A stretch of DNA of 64,000 nt from Amoebidium appalachense. Taxonomy: Eukaryota > Protista > Ichthyosporea. Of this stretch, positions 45,031-58,345 are shown one piece after another (within the stretch, counting starts at the first letter, position 1; every line of letters starts with the position of its first letter). A program made the translations under genes and the position numbers. Below the pieces are notes generated by a model that saw only the letters and a program-made list of their open reading frames with translations, was not told where the DNA came from and ran no database searches. The DNA is taken from positions 3,958,047 to 4,022,046 of the forward strand of contig CAVNZM010000004.1 in the NCBI GenBank assembly GCA_963693365.1, read 5' to 3'.

Positions 45031-45215
45031 CACAGTGTGTGCGCGTGTGTGTGTGTGTGTGCCACAGTGTGTGTGTGTGTGTGCGCGTGTGTGTGTGTGT
45101 GTGTGTGTGTGCGTGTGTGTATGTATTGGTGGTGGTGGTGGTGATGGTTTTGGGGTGTGTGCCACAGTGTGTGCGTGTGTGTGTGCGTGTGTGTGTGTGT
45201 GTGTGTGTGCCACAG

Positions 45216-45286
<71 letters not shown>

Positions 45287-45357
45287 ATGTGTGTGTGTGT
45301 ATTGGTGGTGGTGGTGGTGATGGTTATGGGGTGTGTGCCACAGTGTGTGCGTGTGTG

Positions 45358-45394
<37 letters not shown>

Positions 45395-45403
45395 CACAGT
45401 GTG

Positions 45404-45441
<38 letters not shown>

Positions 45442-45475
45442 CACAGTGTGTGTGTGTGTGTGTGTGTGTGTGCCA

Positions 45476-45517
<42 letters not shown>

Positions 45518-45584
45518 GCCAGTGTATGTATTGGTGGTGGTGGTGGTGATGGTTTTGGGGTGTGTGCCACAGTGTGTGCGTGTG

Positions 45585-45618
<34 letters not shown>

Positions 45619-45701
45619 CCACAGTGTGTGCGTGTGTGTGTGCGTGTGTATGTGTGTGTGTGTGTGTGTGTGTGCCACAGTGTGTGCGTGTGTGTGAGCG
45701 T

Positions 45702-45732
<31 letters not shown>

Positions 45733-45735
45733 CCA

Positions 45736-45791
<56 letters not shown>

Positions 45792-45830
45792 GCCACAGTG
45801 TGTGTGTGTGTGTGTGTGTGACTGTCACAG
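44900..45830. repeat. Compound (GT)n satellite with GCCACA spacers and a higher-order unit
   Basis: (GT)n-GCCACA-(GT)n occurs about 14 times; ATTGGTGGTGGTGGTGGTGATGGTT(T/A)TGGGG recurs at about 45125, 45301 and 45530. Confidence 0.85.
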
Positions 45831-47250
45831 TGTGTGTTAGTGGTGGTGGTAATGTGTGTATGACGGTTTGTGTTTTCATGCGTGCTGTGTGTGGTGGTGG
45901 CGGTTAATTTGGGGGGGGGGGGGGGGGGGGGGATACTGCAACTTATCGTACGGGTTGCTGAGTAAATACGTACACGTGTATGCCTATTTAATTTATTAAG
46001 ATGGCCGCACGTACACCGGCATGTATATGCACAATTGATTGGTGCGTCAGATAAAGACACACCAATACGTACAGTGCTCGAGCAGAGTACTGTTTAGACT
46101 GCACAAATGGAAAACGACATCCCCTTCAGTTTAAAAGGCTCTATAAAGGTTTTAGGTGCCCGCTCACAGTTCGAGCGGTGCCCCCCCCCCCCTCCCCCCC
46201 CCCCCCCCCCCCCCGCGCCCCGCCCCCCGCCCCCCCCCCCCCCCCCCCCCCAAAAAATAAATAAATAAATGAATAAATAAATTTAAAAATAGATAAATAA
46301 ATAAAAAATAGAAACAAAAACAAAAACAAAAACAAAAACAAAACACCCCGACACCACCACCGCCACTAGCTATTACCGAGTGCTCCCTACCCACCCACCC
46401 TTGGCCAATGGCCAAGAAAAAACACTGGTTCTCACGACGGAAGTCACCTCGCACCTGATTGGTACAGTGTCACGTTCAAATGACGTAAAATCAGGGCGGA
46501 CGATTCGATGCACGAGCGACATAAAGAGGCCGACAGGCTCTATAGCAAGGGGTCTGGGGGCCTGCCACCCCCCCCCCATTTAGAGCACAGAGACACAGAA
46601 CAACTGCTGTGTTTTTAAAACTTTAGCGTTTTATGTGAGCGATCTCCTTATACCTAGGGGCTTCGAAGTACGTACCGATCTCAAAAGAAAAAAAAAGGAC
46701 GCCACCCAAAAAAGAAACCCAACCAAATTTAAAAAAGAAAAATCAATCTTTTAACATCCTTCCATGCAGTATCTGTATGTTTCATACCGTAGCGGTTTAT
46801 ACCACTTCCAACCAAATGCCTATTCGTTCGCGTCTTATGCACCCTATTTATATCCAAACCACTTGCACAAACTACATGCTCACCTACAAGATCGTTACAA
46901 CTATCATACCCCCCTAGCCTAAACCATATTATATACTCACACTCATATACACACAGTGACAAACCACCCATACAATGGATGATCCAGCTATCGTTCAACC
47001 CCCTCTTCCGTCCTCTGGCCGTATCCACGAAATACAAGTGCTACTATTGCGACCTTCATAATCCGGTACACACTGCACAACCCCTCCCCACATTCCCCTC
47101 AAACATCCAAACACACGGAATCAATACTACCCAAATGGGCCGCCGACAAAGAGACGGGGGGGGGTAATATATCATATGTCGGCTTTATAACATTTAGCAC
47201 ATGCACAACGTGGCATATCACACAGCGCACAGGTACATTTAACCCCCATC

Positions 47251-47542
47251 CTACTGAGCCAACGTATCGACACTAAAGTCTATCAGAGCCTGGCTCCTTC
47301 TTTTGAGTTCCATCAGCTTCTCTCTTCCCGCAGCCAATTCCCTTTCCAGCTGCCTGCACTGTTCCAGCGTCGACTCCTTAATGTCTCGCTCGTGCCTTAG
47401 CCGGGCCAGCAATAGGGCCACTTCACGGACTTGACCCGAATCGAAACGGGGCTTTGGCTCGGATACGGTGTCGGAGTCGACCTGTGTGAAGTAAAAACGT
47501 TTCAGTGTAAGAGAGATGATGTGCATAACCATTGAACAAACC

Positions 47543-47573
<31 letters not shown>

Positions 47574-47625
47574 ACACACACACAAACCCTCCCCCCCCCC
47601 CCTCCCCACCCCCCAAAACACACAC

Positions 47626-47688
<63 letters not shown>

Positions 47689-47917
47689 AAAAAACACAAC
47701 AAACCAACACTTGCATCCAACAGAGCCCAAACCCCGCAACCTCCCTTAGAAAAGAAAGACAAAAAAGAAAAGAAAAGCAATGGGGAAAAAGCCACCACCA
47801 CCACTCCGCCGCTTTCACACAAAGCTCACAGGAAGCACGTCAATATTTGGAATGTACAAAGCCAGGCACACACATAACTGATGTGCACAATCGGATGAAT
47901 AGAGATCGAGCGTAGGT

Positions 47918-47969
<52 letters not shown>

Positions 47970-48667
47970 ATACACACACGCACAAAGGGAAACACATTCA
48001 AGCACACATGCATGAGTGTGGGCGTACACACACACACACAACACACACACACACACACACAACACACACACACACACACAATACACCAATCCATCCGCCC
48101 GCCCGCCCACCCACCCACCCACGCCCACACCCACACCCACACCCACACCCACACCAGCAACAAACACACTCACCGTCTCCACACGATCCCCGGAATCCTC
48201 CTCATTGCCTTCCTTCTCTCCCACCACTTCCTCCCCATCTTCCACTTCAATATTTCCTTTTATAGATTCATGGCTCGCAGGACTCTCCCCTACAGTATCA
48301 TCTACATCGTCTCCATTTTCCTTATTGGGAACTATCTCCACCACGTCTTCTACCCGACCGTCTTCCTCTGATTTCTGTCCCCTCTCTACAACAATTGGCT
48401 CAGAGATTTCCGGTTCAGGGATCGTCTCTCTTACGGACTCCTCCGATTCGGTAATTTGCGATTCGGATGCGGATGCATTCTCGGATGCTGATTGGTTCAA
48501 GTCCGTCGTGCCTGCATTTTGATTGGATGATTCGTCGGAGGAAATGGGATGCGTTTGTGGCTCCTCTGATTGTTGGTCTTCTTCTTCCTCTTCACCGGGC
48601 CATGCGTATATTTGAACGCCTGCTACAATCTGTGTGTGTGTGTGTGTGTGTGTTGTGTGTATGTGTA

Positions 48668-48706
<39 letters not shown>

Positions 48707-48814
48707 GTGTGTGTGTGTGTGAGTAAGTGAGTGCGTGTGTGAGTGGGTGCATGTGTGCGTGTGTGCGTGTGTATGTGCGTGTTTGTGCGTGTGTATTTGT
48801 GTCTAAGTGAATGT

Positions 48815-48848
<34 letters not shown>

Positions 48849-49903
48849 CAGTGTGTGTGTGTGTGCATGCGTGTGTGTGCGTGTGTGTGTGTGTTTGAGT
48901 GCGTGTGCGCGCGCGTATCGTAGTTAGTCAAGGTGCTACATGGTATCTGGTACAAGAACATGCAAACATGTATGTGCCAACATCAGCACTAATATTTTTA
49001 GTAAATCAAATGTACTCGCAACGAAAAAACCCAAAGCATCAGAAATGCTCAACCGTCGCAGTAAGAACTGTAGATGTGCTATCGTCTATGTATTTGAGTG
49101 TATATGTATCCCGGATGTCTGCCAGTACAAACGCTCATGAAACGCCCGTGTAGGTGTGAGTCCTTGACCTCGTGACCGTAACCCAATAATCTTCATTAAG
49201 TACACACACGCCTGAAGCTATGATCATAGTCTTAACCCTTAACCCACACCCGGCTTACGTAGCCTCCCAATCGTCTTTGTGCCCCCCCTGCCCCCTCCAC
49301 CATCCCCACCATCCCCACCATCCCTCCCCCGGCCGAACATGTAGACTGATGCTGAGGAGCACAAACTCTGTTTGTTTATTGTTGGTTGGGTGGCTGGCTT
49401 GTGCCGATAGGACAGTTTTCCCTAACTCCCGTGTCTTCTTTGTGTTTGTGTGTGTGTGTGTGTGTGTGTATGTGTGTGTGTGTGTGTGCGCGCGCGCGCG
49501 CGCGCGTGTGGTTGTCTGTGTGTGTGTGTGCATGTGCGCGCGCGCGCGCATGTGTGTGTGTGCACGCGTGCACATTCGTATGGGTAGGTGGCAGTGGGAA
49601 AAGGTGAAGGGGGGGGGGGGGGGGGGGGGGGGGGGAGGGCACGTACAGCCACGTGGTTGCAGGGGACTAGACCGCTACCCGATATGGTCTCCCCCATATA
49701 CCAGTCCCCACTGTGCATGATGTGGGTTAGCATAAAGGGGGAGAGGGGGGTTTTTTTTGGGGGGGGGGGGAGGGGGGGGGGGGGGAGGGGGGAGGGGGCG
49801 GGAAGGGGGGAAGGGGGGGGGGGGGATTGGAATGCGTTATAACAGACAAGTATGCAGGTTGCAAACCACACACAGAGTATGCATAGGAAGCAGAGAGGGA
49901 GGG

Positions 49904-49941
<38 letters not shown>

Positions 49942-50190
49942 TGAGCAATCACGCACATCACCGAGGTTCTAGATAGCAGACACATCCTGACTCTTTAGGG
50001 AGATTGAGGGGGAGCGGGGGAGGGGGAGGCGGGGAGGGGGGAGGGAGGGGGGGGGGGGGGGGAAAGGCCACAGAACATAATGCGACGAGTGTTGCAGACC
50101 CAATAAAAAGGCACTTGAAGGTGATGGTGGTGCATGCGCCTGTGATGGCAACGAACACGTGGAGAAACTTTGAACATAGGCAGGGTTTAA

Positions 50191-50229
<39 letters not shown>

Positions 50230-50598
50230 GTGGTACACGGTGCGATCGCAAAAGTTATGAGTATAACATGAAGTGAACACGAGGGGGAGAGAACACACAC
50301 AAGGAAAAAGCAATCGGTAGCAATAGATATATGTATATATACCCCAGGCAGGCGGGCGGGCGGGGAGAGGAGGGGGGGGGGGGGGGGGTTGAATGCGTCA
50401 TAAAGTACGAAGTACACAAGAATAAACGGATAACACGATGCAGAATGCAAGCCATACATAAAGAGTATGCATAATAAGCAGAGCCCATCCTCAGGAGGGG
50501 GGGGGGGGGAGAACCCATTATAGAGCGCTAATTAATCAAATATTCATGGGGGACAATACAATGCAGACTCCCCCCCCCCCCACACACACACACACACC

Positions 50599-50629
<31 letters not shown>

Positions 50630-51427
50630 AAAAGAAAAAAAAAAGGAGCACGTGTGTGTGCGCGCGCACACAGTATGCATCATAAATAGATCTTTTTTTT
50701 TTGGGGGGGGGGGGGGGGGGTTGGCACCTGTCGCTGGTCAGGAAGATGACATCATTCACGTTTATGGTCAGTTCGTCATCGGCCTGGCTCTGCCACACGT
50801 GGGTGGCACGTGCTACGGCTAGAATGCGGCTCGGTGGGTCTGCCTGCACGCAGTAATTTTTAAGGTCAGAGAGGAATCATGCACACAGTGATGCTAAAGG
50901 TCAGAGAGGAATGCATGCACACAGTGATGCTGAAGGTCAGAGAGGAATGCATGCACACAGTGATGCTAAAGGTCAGAGAGGAATGCATGCACACAGTGAT
51001 GCTAAAGGTCAGAAGGAATACATGCACACAGTGGTTACAAGGTCAGAGAGAAATGCATGCACACAGTGATTTACAAGGTTAGACAGAAATGGATGCACAC
51101 AGGTTGGGGGGGGGGAGAAAGAAACGACGGAGGGGGAAAGTAAAGCCAAAGACCGCCAATTAGGAGTGTGGGGTTGGGGTTGGTGGTGCTGGTGGTGGAT
51201 CCGGACAGAAAAATCAGAGGGAGAGCAGAGTGGGTAAGCACATACACATGGCAACATAAAAACTAGTATGGACAAAAAGAGGGACTCGTGTGTGTGCAGT
51301 TGTGTTTGCTAGTGACTAGGGAAGGGCGGATGGGTGGGTGGGTGGGTGGGTGGGTGGGGAGAGGGGAGGGTCCGGGGGGAAAGGGGGGGAGGGGGCATTT
51401 GGGGGAGAAGGGACGAGGGGAGGGGGT

Positions 51428-51458
<31 letters not shown>

Positions 51459-52533
51459 GATGGCTGTGTCGTAAATTTGTCTGGTTTGTGTGTGTATGTG
51501 TGCTCTCCTGGGGAGGTTAATCACAACCACCGCTTTTTGTCCATACAGCACACACCTCGAATATTGCCGGGCCGGCCTCTAACAAGGATTCGAATACGGA
51601 TGGTCCTCCTGCCTGCCTCTGTGTTTCATCTTCCTGTTCACGTGTCCACGCTACAACAGGACCTATATGGTGTGGGGGTAGGGGGATTAGGGAAAGGTGT
51701 AGGTGTGGTGGCTAAAAAGTGGTGCTTTGGTTAGTTTGATTTTTTCTTTGTATATTCATAGTAGGGAGGAAGGGGGAGGTAGGAGGGGAGGGAAGGAGAG
51801 AATGAGGGAGGGAGGGAAGAGGGATGGAGGAAGCTGGGGAGGGAGGGCGGGATGGAGGGTGGGTGGGAGGAAGGCAGGGGGGAGAGAGAGTTGGAGATAG
51901 AGGGAGGGAGGAGAGAGAGAGAGGTAAGTAGGTAGGTAGGGAGGGAGGGAGGATATAGAGGAAACACCACTGATATTCTGTGTCCCACCCCCATTCTCCC
52001 CAGTCTTTCTTCAAAAAGTCTGCTCAATCTGTTCATAGTTCTGTGTATTCGTTCATCCCGACCTATAACAAATTGGAAAGGGGGGGAGAGAGTTGGGCAG
52101 GAAGGGAAGGGTGAGGGAGGGAGGCAGGGACAGGGAGGCAGACACGGAGAGCGAGAGAGGGAGGGAGAGAGAGTGTGGGTGGGGGGGGGGAAGAGGGAGG
52201 GAGAGGGGGAGGGGGAGGTGGAGGGGGGAGGGGAGGGTGGGTGAGTGGAAAAGTGAGGAGAGCAAGAAGGGAGAGCGAGTGTGTGTGCGAGCGTGTGTAT
52301 GTTGTATGTTTGAGCCGCATTTTCTTCTTTCTTGGGGGGGAGGGGAGGGAGGGGGGGGGGGGGGGGGGGGGGTACCGAGAGAGCTGGCGACAGCCTCATT
52401 ATGAACTGGGCCGTATGAGGCCACAGCACACAGCCGGGCCAAAAGACTGCGGTTGAGCTCAGGAAGACACCACACACAGGCACGTAGGCACTCATATGTG
52501 TGCTCCTTGCTGCTAAGACCTGTGTGTGTGTGT

Positions 52534-52570
<37 letters not shown>

Positions 52571-54064
52571 GAAGGGGCGAGGTGTAAGAAGTGTGTGTGT
52601 GTGTGTGTATCCGCATGCAACCCTGTGAATACTTACACACATGATCTATACACATGCATGTGTATGTGTCACGTACGATCCTGTGTGCACATGCATACAC
52701 ATACATTATAAACGTGCCAACAGATACACACCCATCACATGCACACACACATGCACACACACAGGCACACGCAAATGCACACACACGCACACGCGCGCAC
52801 ACACGCACACGCACACACACACGCACACGCACACGCACCCCCACACACACCCACCCACCCACCCACCCACCCACCCACACACACACACACCCACACACAC
52901 ACACACCCATCCACCTACATACACACACCCACCCACCCAAACACCCACCCGCCCACCCACCAACCCACCAACACCCACACCCACCCACCCACCCTTCCCC
53001 CCCCTCCCCCCCCACACACCCACACACACACACCCACTCACCCACCCACCCACACGCACACACCTACTGCCGCATTGAATGCCTGGACCAGCTGTGCCGT
53101 CAGCAGGCATTCGGGCAGTGCCCACAGATACTGCCTGACCATCCCACACACAACAATAGGTGATATCTTGCTGTAGTCCGGTACGTGTCCTGCACATATA
53201 AAAAAAAGCCCCCCGGGGGGAGAAGGGATGGGAGGGAGGGGAGGGGGGGGGGGGGGGGAGGGGGGGGGGGGGGGAAGGAGGGGATAGGGAAAAGAGTGGG
53301 TGTGAACATGAGGAGAAGGGGGGAGGGGGGGGGGAGGGGGGTTAGGCAGAGAAAGAGGGAGAGGATGGGGTAGCGGAGGGGAGGGGTTGGGATTTGGGGC
53401 AGGGATGGGGGAAAGTGGGGGGAGGGGGGAGGGGGGGGGGGGGGAGGGGGGATAGGGAAAGGGGAAAAAGGGGGGTTTAGCATGCGGTAAACTTTGCGAG
53501 GCACAAATTAACAACGAATGAGTAATGCAGATATGCAAAGCAGGGCAGATTTTCAAAACTACGTCGGCATCTCACCGAAGTCCTCAAAATGGTTTAAAAG
53601 GTATGCCTTCAAAAAAGGGGCGCGCACCTATTGTAGGCAGGGCCAAGGATTGGTTCAAATTATTATCTGAACTCGTTATTAACCGCACTTTGATGGTCAT
53701 GTTGCGATGTGCCGATACAGACTATCAGGTATGGAACCTAATAAGGTAAAGCCTATCCTCGAGGCCGACGGGGTATTGTGGCGGGGGGGGGGGGGGGGGG
53801 AGGGGGGGGGGGGGGACTTTGTATGTGTTTCACAGTGCGTAGCTAGAGGGGAGAAAGAGGGGGAGGGGGAGGGGGGGGGGGGGGGGGGGGGGGGGGCTGC
53901 GACCAAAAAAAAAAGATGCTAATATGTGAAGTTTTCATTTCCCATTCCATTCGCCTAGTAATTTCCTTCTGCTGTGAGTGTTGCCTTGGTGTCTTTTCTA
54001 ATGGGTTGCCGTGGGTCAATTTAGGCCCGTGGTGGTGGTGGTGGCGGTGGCGGTGGTTTCTTTT

Positions 54065-54146
<82 letters not shown>

Positions 54147-55560
54147 AATGTCGTGCATGCACCCAAATGTCTTCCAGCAATCCTAAACTGAGGGGTGGGA
54201 GCCAGCGGTTGGGGCGGTGGTGGTGGGTGGGTGGGTGGGTAGGTGGGGGGGGGGGGGGGGGGGGGGAGGGGGGGAGGAGGAGGAGGGGGGGGGGGGAGGG
54301 GGGAAGGGGGGGGGAGGGGGGAGTATGTTACCTCTATCCAGATCTCTTATGCATCTATTTATAGCATCCTCGATTGCTTCGGTGCTGGTGTCGGAGGCAA
54401 ACGGGGCCTCACTGCCTGCACCCAACCGGTTGTAAAACATGTGTCAGGGTGATGGGCTTTAACGACTATGTCGACATTTCTTAATAACATGTTTGGAATT
54501 CCCTTTGTATGTAAATCTTTCAGAAATGGACATCCCATACATGGTAAAAACCATTCGGTGCGTTTAATTCTACCGGCTTCAAAGTTGCCGGCCGCGAGCC
54601 GCTCAATGACGTCAGTATTTGACGTCATAATGACGTAATATTGAGAAATTGCCGACATGCTGGCATTTCTTAGTGGCATGTGTGTTATTCACCTTGGTGC
54701 TGCCTGTACATTTCCCATACAAAGAATACATGGAGAAATGGGGACCTAGACGTTGACAAAAACAGCAGGCAACATACACAGGCTGAGAGGCCGATTCACG
54801 TTCTGCAAGAGAAGTTTAGAGTGCTTCGCATGGTAAATGTTACATGTCGTGCGTGCGGGTGGGCTCTTGTTAATATCATACGTGTGTACATCTGTGTGTG
54901 TGTGTGTGTGGGTGTGTGTGTGTGTGCGTGTGTGTATGTGCGACCGTGAATGGGTACTTAACAGTGAGTGTGCTTGACTTGTGTGTGGGTGTGTGTATGG
55001 ATGTGCATGCCCACATACGCACAGTATGTAATCGTATGCAGTGGGAGCAACACACTCGAAGTAAATGACCCAGAACATGGGCATGTGTCAAGGGGGGGGG
55101 GGGGGGGGTGGGGGTGGGGGGGGGGGGGGGGTGGGGGGGGTGGGGGGGAGGGGAGGGGATGGCGGCGGGGGGGGGGGGGGGGGAGGAGGAGGTTGTGGCT
55201 TTGTGTGTTTGTGTGTGTGGGGGGGGGAGAGGGGGAGGGGGGGAGGAAGGGGGAGAGAGAGGGAGGTGGGGGGGGGGCGGAGGGGGGGATCGGGGCAAGT
55301 ACTATGTTCGTCGAGAAAGTCAAAAGCATCCTGCAGAAATGACGGATACACACAGCCATCCGTGTTGAGGGCTGCCAGGTCGGCCAGGCTGACTCTGAGC
55401 ACGTGCCCACCCTCAAAATCCTCAGACCGGCTGGCTACCATCTGATCTAGTTGCTTGACTACAAGCACATGCTGTATGTGTGTGTGTGTGGGGGGGGGGG
55501 GGGGGGGGGGGGGGGGGTATGTGTGAGTGAGTATGGGTATGTGGGGAGAGGGGAGGGAGA

Positions 55561-55594
<34 letters not shown>

Positions 55595-55629
55595 TGTGTG
55601 TGTGTGTGTGAGCACATGGTGTGTGTGTC

Positions 55630-55665
<36 letters not shown>

Positions 55666-56862
55666 GATTGTGAATGATGTGAGTGATGTGTGCGCGCACG
55701 TGTGTGTGTATGTGTGTGCATGCGCCCACGTGCAAGTGCAGTTGTGTGCGTGTTCGTGTATGCGTGCAGGAGAGAGAGGGTGCAGGGGGAAGGGTGGATA
55801 TGAGGAGGGGTGGGCGTGGTTAGGTGGGTGGGTGGGTTGTGGTGGGGGGGGGGGGGGGGGGGGGGGGGGGAAGGGGGCGAGGGGGGCATGCATGGTGAGG
55901 ACCGGAGGGGGGGGGAGGGGGAGGGGGAGAGGGGGCAAGGTATGGGGGGTGGTAGCAATGACAAGGGACCCCCCTCTCCGTCCGTTTCCCCACTCCCCCC
56001 CCCCCCCCCCCTTACTCCTTTCACGCGAGTCTCCCCCCCTCCAGCCCCCCTCTCTTTCCCAAAAACAACCAGGGCTGCAGCAAAATGAGTCCCCGCCCAT
56101 GTACAACCACCCCACACATCCCTTCCCCCCCCCCCCCTCCCCTCCCCCCCCCCCCCCCCCCCCCACCGCCCCGCCCGCCCCCAAACACACACACACACAC
56201 CATCCCACCCCACCACCACCCATACCCACAACCCCTGCGCTAATACCCATCGACCCATCACATGCACAGTGCACCTTGGCGCACACCCATCACCTCCACT
56301 CGTCCACACCTCCCTCCGGCCTCTTCTCTCTGTTTTACCATACCCCCCCCCCTATCCCCCCACTCCACCCCAAAAAAAAAAATCCATCCGCCCACGCAAC
56401 CAAAACACCTTTCGAGGGTAGGATCATTCCCCCTCCCCCCCCCTCCCTCCCCCCGCCCGCCCGCCCGCCCGCCCGCCCCTCACCACCTTCTCCCCCCCTC
56501 CCCTCACCTGATCACCGATCCCATAGAATCCGATTGTCAATGTATCGTCCAACCATCTCCCGCTGTCCGAATCCGATTGGTCAAATGCTTGGAACAATCC
56601 ATACTGTTCCGTGGCCTCGGGTTGCTTGCCCAAATCCTTCCTGACGACCTTTTCCACCACTTGGCGCACTTGGTCGGATTTTTTCACCTTGTGCTTGACT
56701 TCTTTCTGAGGTCAGAAAAAGTGGATAATTGTGGTAAGTCATAGCATGATGGTGAGTGCCTTTTAAATTTTAACTTTTTTTTATGTATGACGGTTGAAAC
56801 ATACTGAAGCTTCATTGTTGGAATTAGAACACACTTTTAATAGGAGGAAAACCATGCGCGGA

Positions 56863-56894
<32 letters not shown>

Positions 56895-57629
56895 TAAGGA
56901 AAATGCGCAGTCAAGAAAGGTAACAAGTAGGTGCAGGGAGGCAGGGTAGATAGGTACGGTCCTTAGAAACATTGCTCCAATTTTTTTCCGGGGGGGGGAG
57001 GGGGGGGGGAGTGGAGGGGGAGGGGGGGGGGGGGGGGGGGGTGGTAGTGAGGGGGGGGGGCACGAAGGATTATGGAACAGGTAAAGGGAACGATGGACGG
57101 TAAAGGGCCAAGAAGGTTGGAGAGGCACGACAAGGGGAGAAGGGGGGAAGGTAGTGAGTGACTGAAAGGATTTAGGAGTAGGGGGTGTGCCGGGGGGAGG
57201 GGGGAGGGGGTGGAGGGGGAAGTTACACTTTGGAGGTTGGCCAACAGGAGGTTAAGGCATGAAAAACCATACAGTGAACGGGGGGAGGGGGGGGGGAAGA
57301 CAGGCAGAAGGGGGGGGGGTCTGAAAAGGGGGGGGGGGGGGGGGGGAAGGGGGCGGAGGGGAGGATGGGGGGGAAGGGGGGGGGGAGGGGGGAGGTTGGT
57401 TGCTTTCGAGACTATAGGCAGAGAAAGATATCAACCACACAGTGAAAGAACTGGTGACAAAATATTACTATTAGCTAGGAAGGAGAAAGAGCACACAAAA
57501 GGAGCTGTAAATTAGACACCGTAATATTAACAGCCCCCAAAAACATCTTCCCCATGCAGTAGGACGTACCGATATTTCCGGCACGATGAACCTCAAGCTG
57601 AGCTCGTCATCTTTTCCAAACAGCTTCAT
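47251..57629 (-). CDS. FERM-F0 (talin/Shank-type ubiquitin-like) + degenerate RhoGAP + SH3 + acidic linker + coiled-coil protein, about 584 aa. Exons 57629-57570, 56705-56508, 55471-55303, 54415-54332, 53189-53064, 52519-52376, 51662-51556, 50843-50728, 49710-49647, 48629-48174, 47481-47251
   Basis: LSLRFIVPE..QYGLF..SGRWLDDTLTIGFYGI resembles talin F0. VLRVSLADL..YPSFLQDAFDFL, VCGMVRQYLWALPECLLT, LPELNRSLLARL, LGPVV..FESLLE..IF follow the RhoGAP fold. ARATHVWQSQADDELTINVNDVI..GDWYMG..GLVPCNHV is an SH3. All junctions are phase-consistent. Confidence 0.8.
50389..50494 (-). mobile_element. Core copy of element X (intron splitting the SH3 exons)
   Basis: Core with about 2 substitutions, between poly-G tracts. 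Confidence 0.85.
50861..51100 (-). repeat. 36-bp minisatellite (6-7 copies) immediately upstream of the SH3-exon acceptor
   Basis: Unit ATGCACACAGTGATGCTAAAGGTCAGAGAGGAATGC; most copies carry CTCTGAC (branch-point-like) on the transcribed strand. Confidence 0.9.
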
Positions 57630-58288
57630 CACTGCAAGAGGCAGTTAGGATGTTTTCAAAGCAAGGTCCCTACTGGAAACTGGTAACACACTGAACAGCA
57701 CAACCCAGCAAAAGGAACATGGGAAGGACCGCGAGGGCATGGAGCAGGAAAAACGCAAAGGGGGATGAGCCTCCCTGAAAAGATCAGGACAGGGAGGAGG
57801 GCAACAACGAAGGACGGGTGGGCAAGGTGGGAAGGGGGGGGGAAGGGGGGGGGGGGGGGGAGGGAGAGGGGAGGGGAGGGGGGAGGGGAGGGAGGGGGGA
57901 GGGGGGGGAGAACGGAAGGCTCTTCATGCGTGAGTGCACTGCCTGCTACAGGTCGTCACATTCACCAATCTTTGATAAACTTTTTCTTGCAACCATAGAA
58001 AACAACAGTTGACAAGTGCGTCAAAACTTTGAGTCTGCAAACAAGCAGACATGGATTCGCAGGTGAAGCCCGTTCATGTTTGTTGTTGTTTGGGAAAGAA
58101 GATTGTGAGAAAGCAGGCCTAACAATAAAGAAAGAAAGCAGAAGAAGGGATCCAGATCCATAAGTCACACAGAATTACAGGCGTACTCACGTAACCATGT
58201 GCCCGCGCACATGCATGCGTGCGCACGTTATGCACACACACACACACACGCATACACACACACACGCACACGCACACGAACACGCACG

Positions 58289-58345
<57 letters not shown>

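Noticed and set aside
51975-52062. Possible extra exon GRDERIHRTMNRLSRLFEE in the RhoGAP-like gene
   Set aside because: Flanking exons join directly into the expected VASSLGPVV motif; at most a cassette exon.
54359-54679. 106-aa ORF MPLRNASMSAI...
   Set aside because: Lies mostly in an intron of the RhoGAP-like gene, is out of frame with the exon, and has no recognisable domain.
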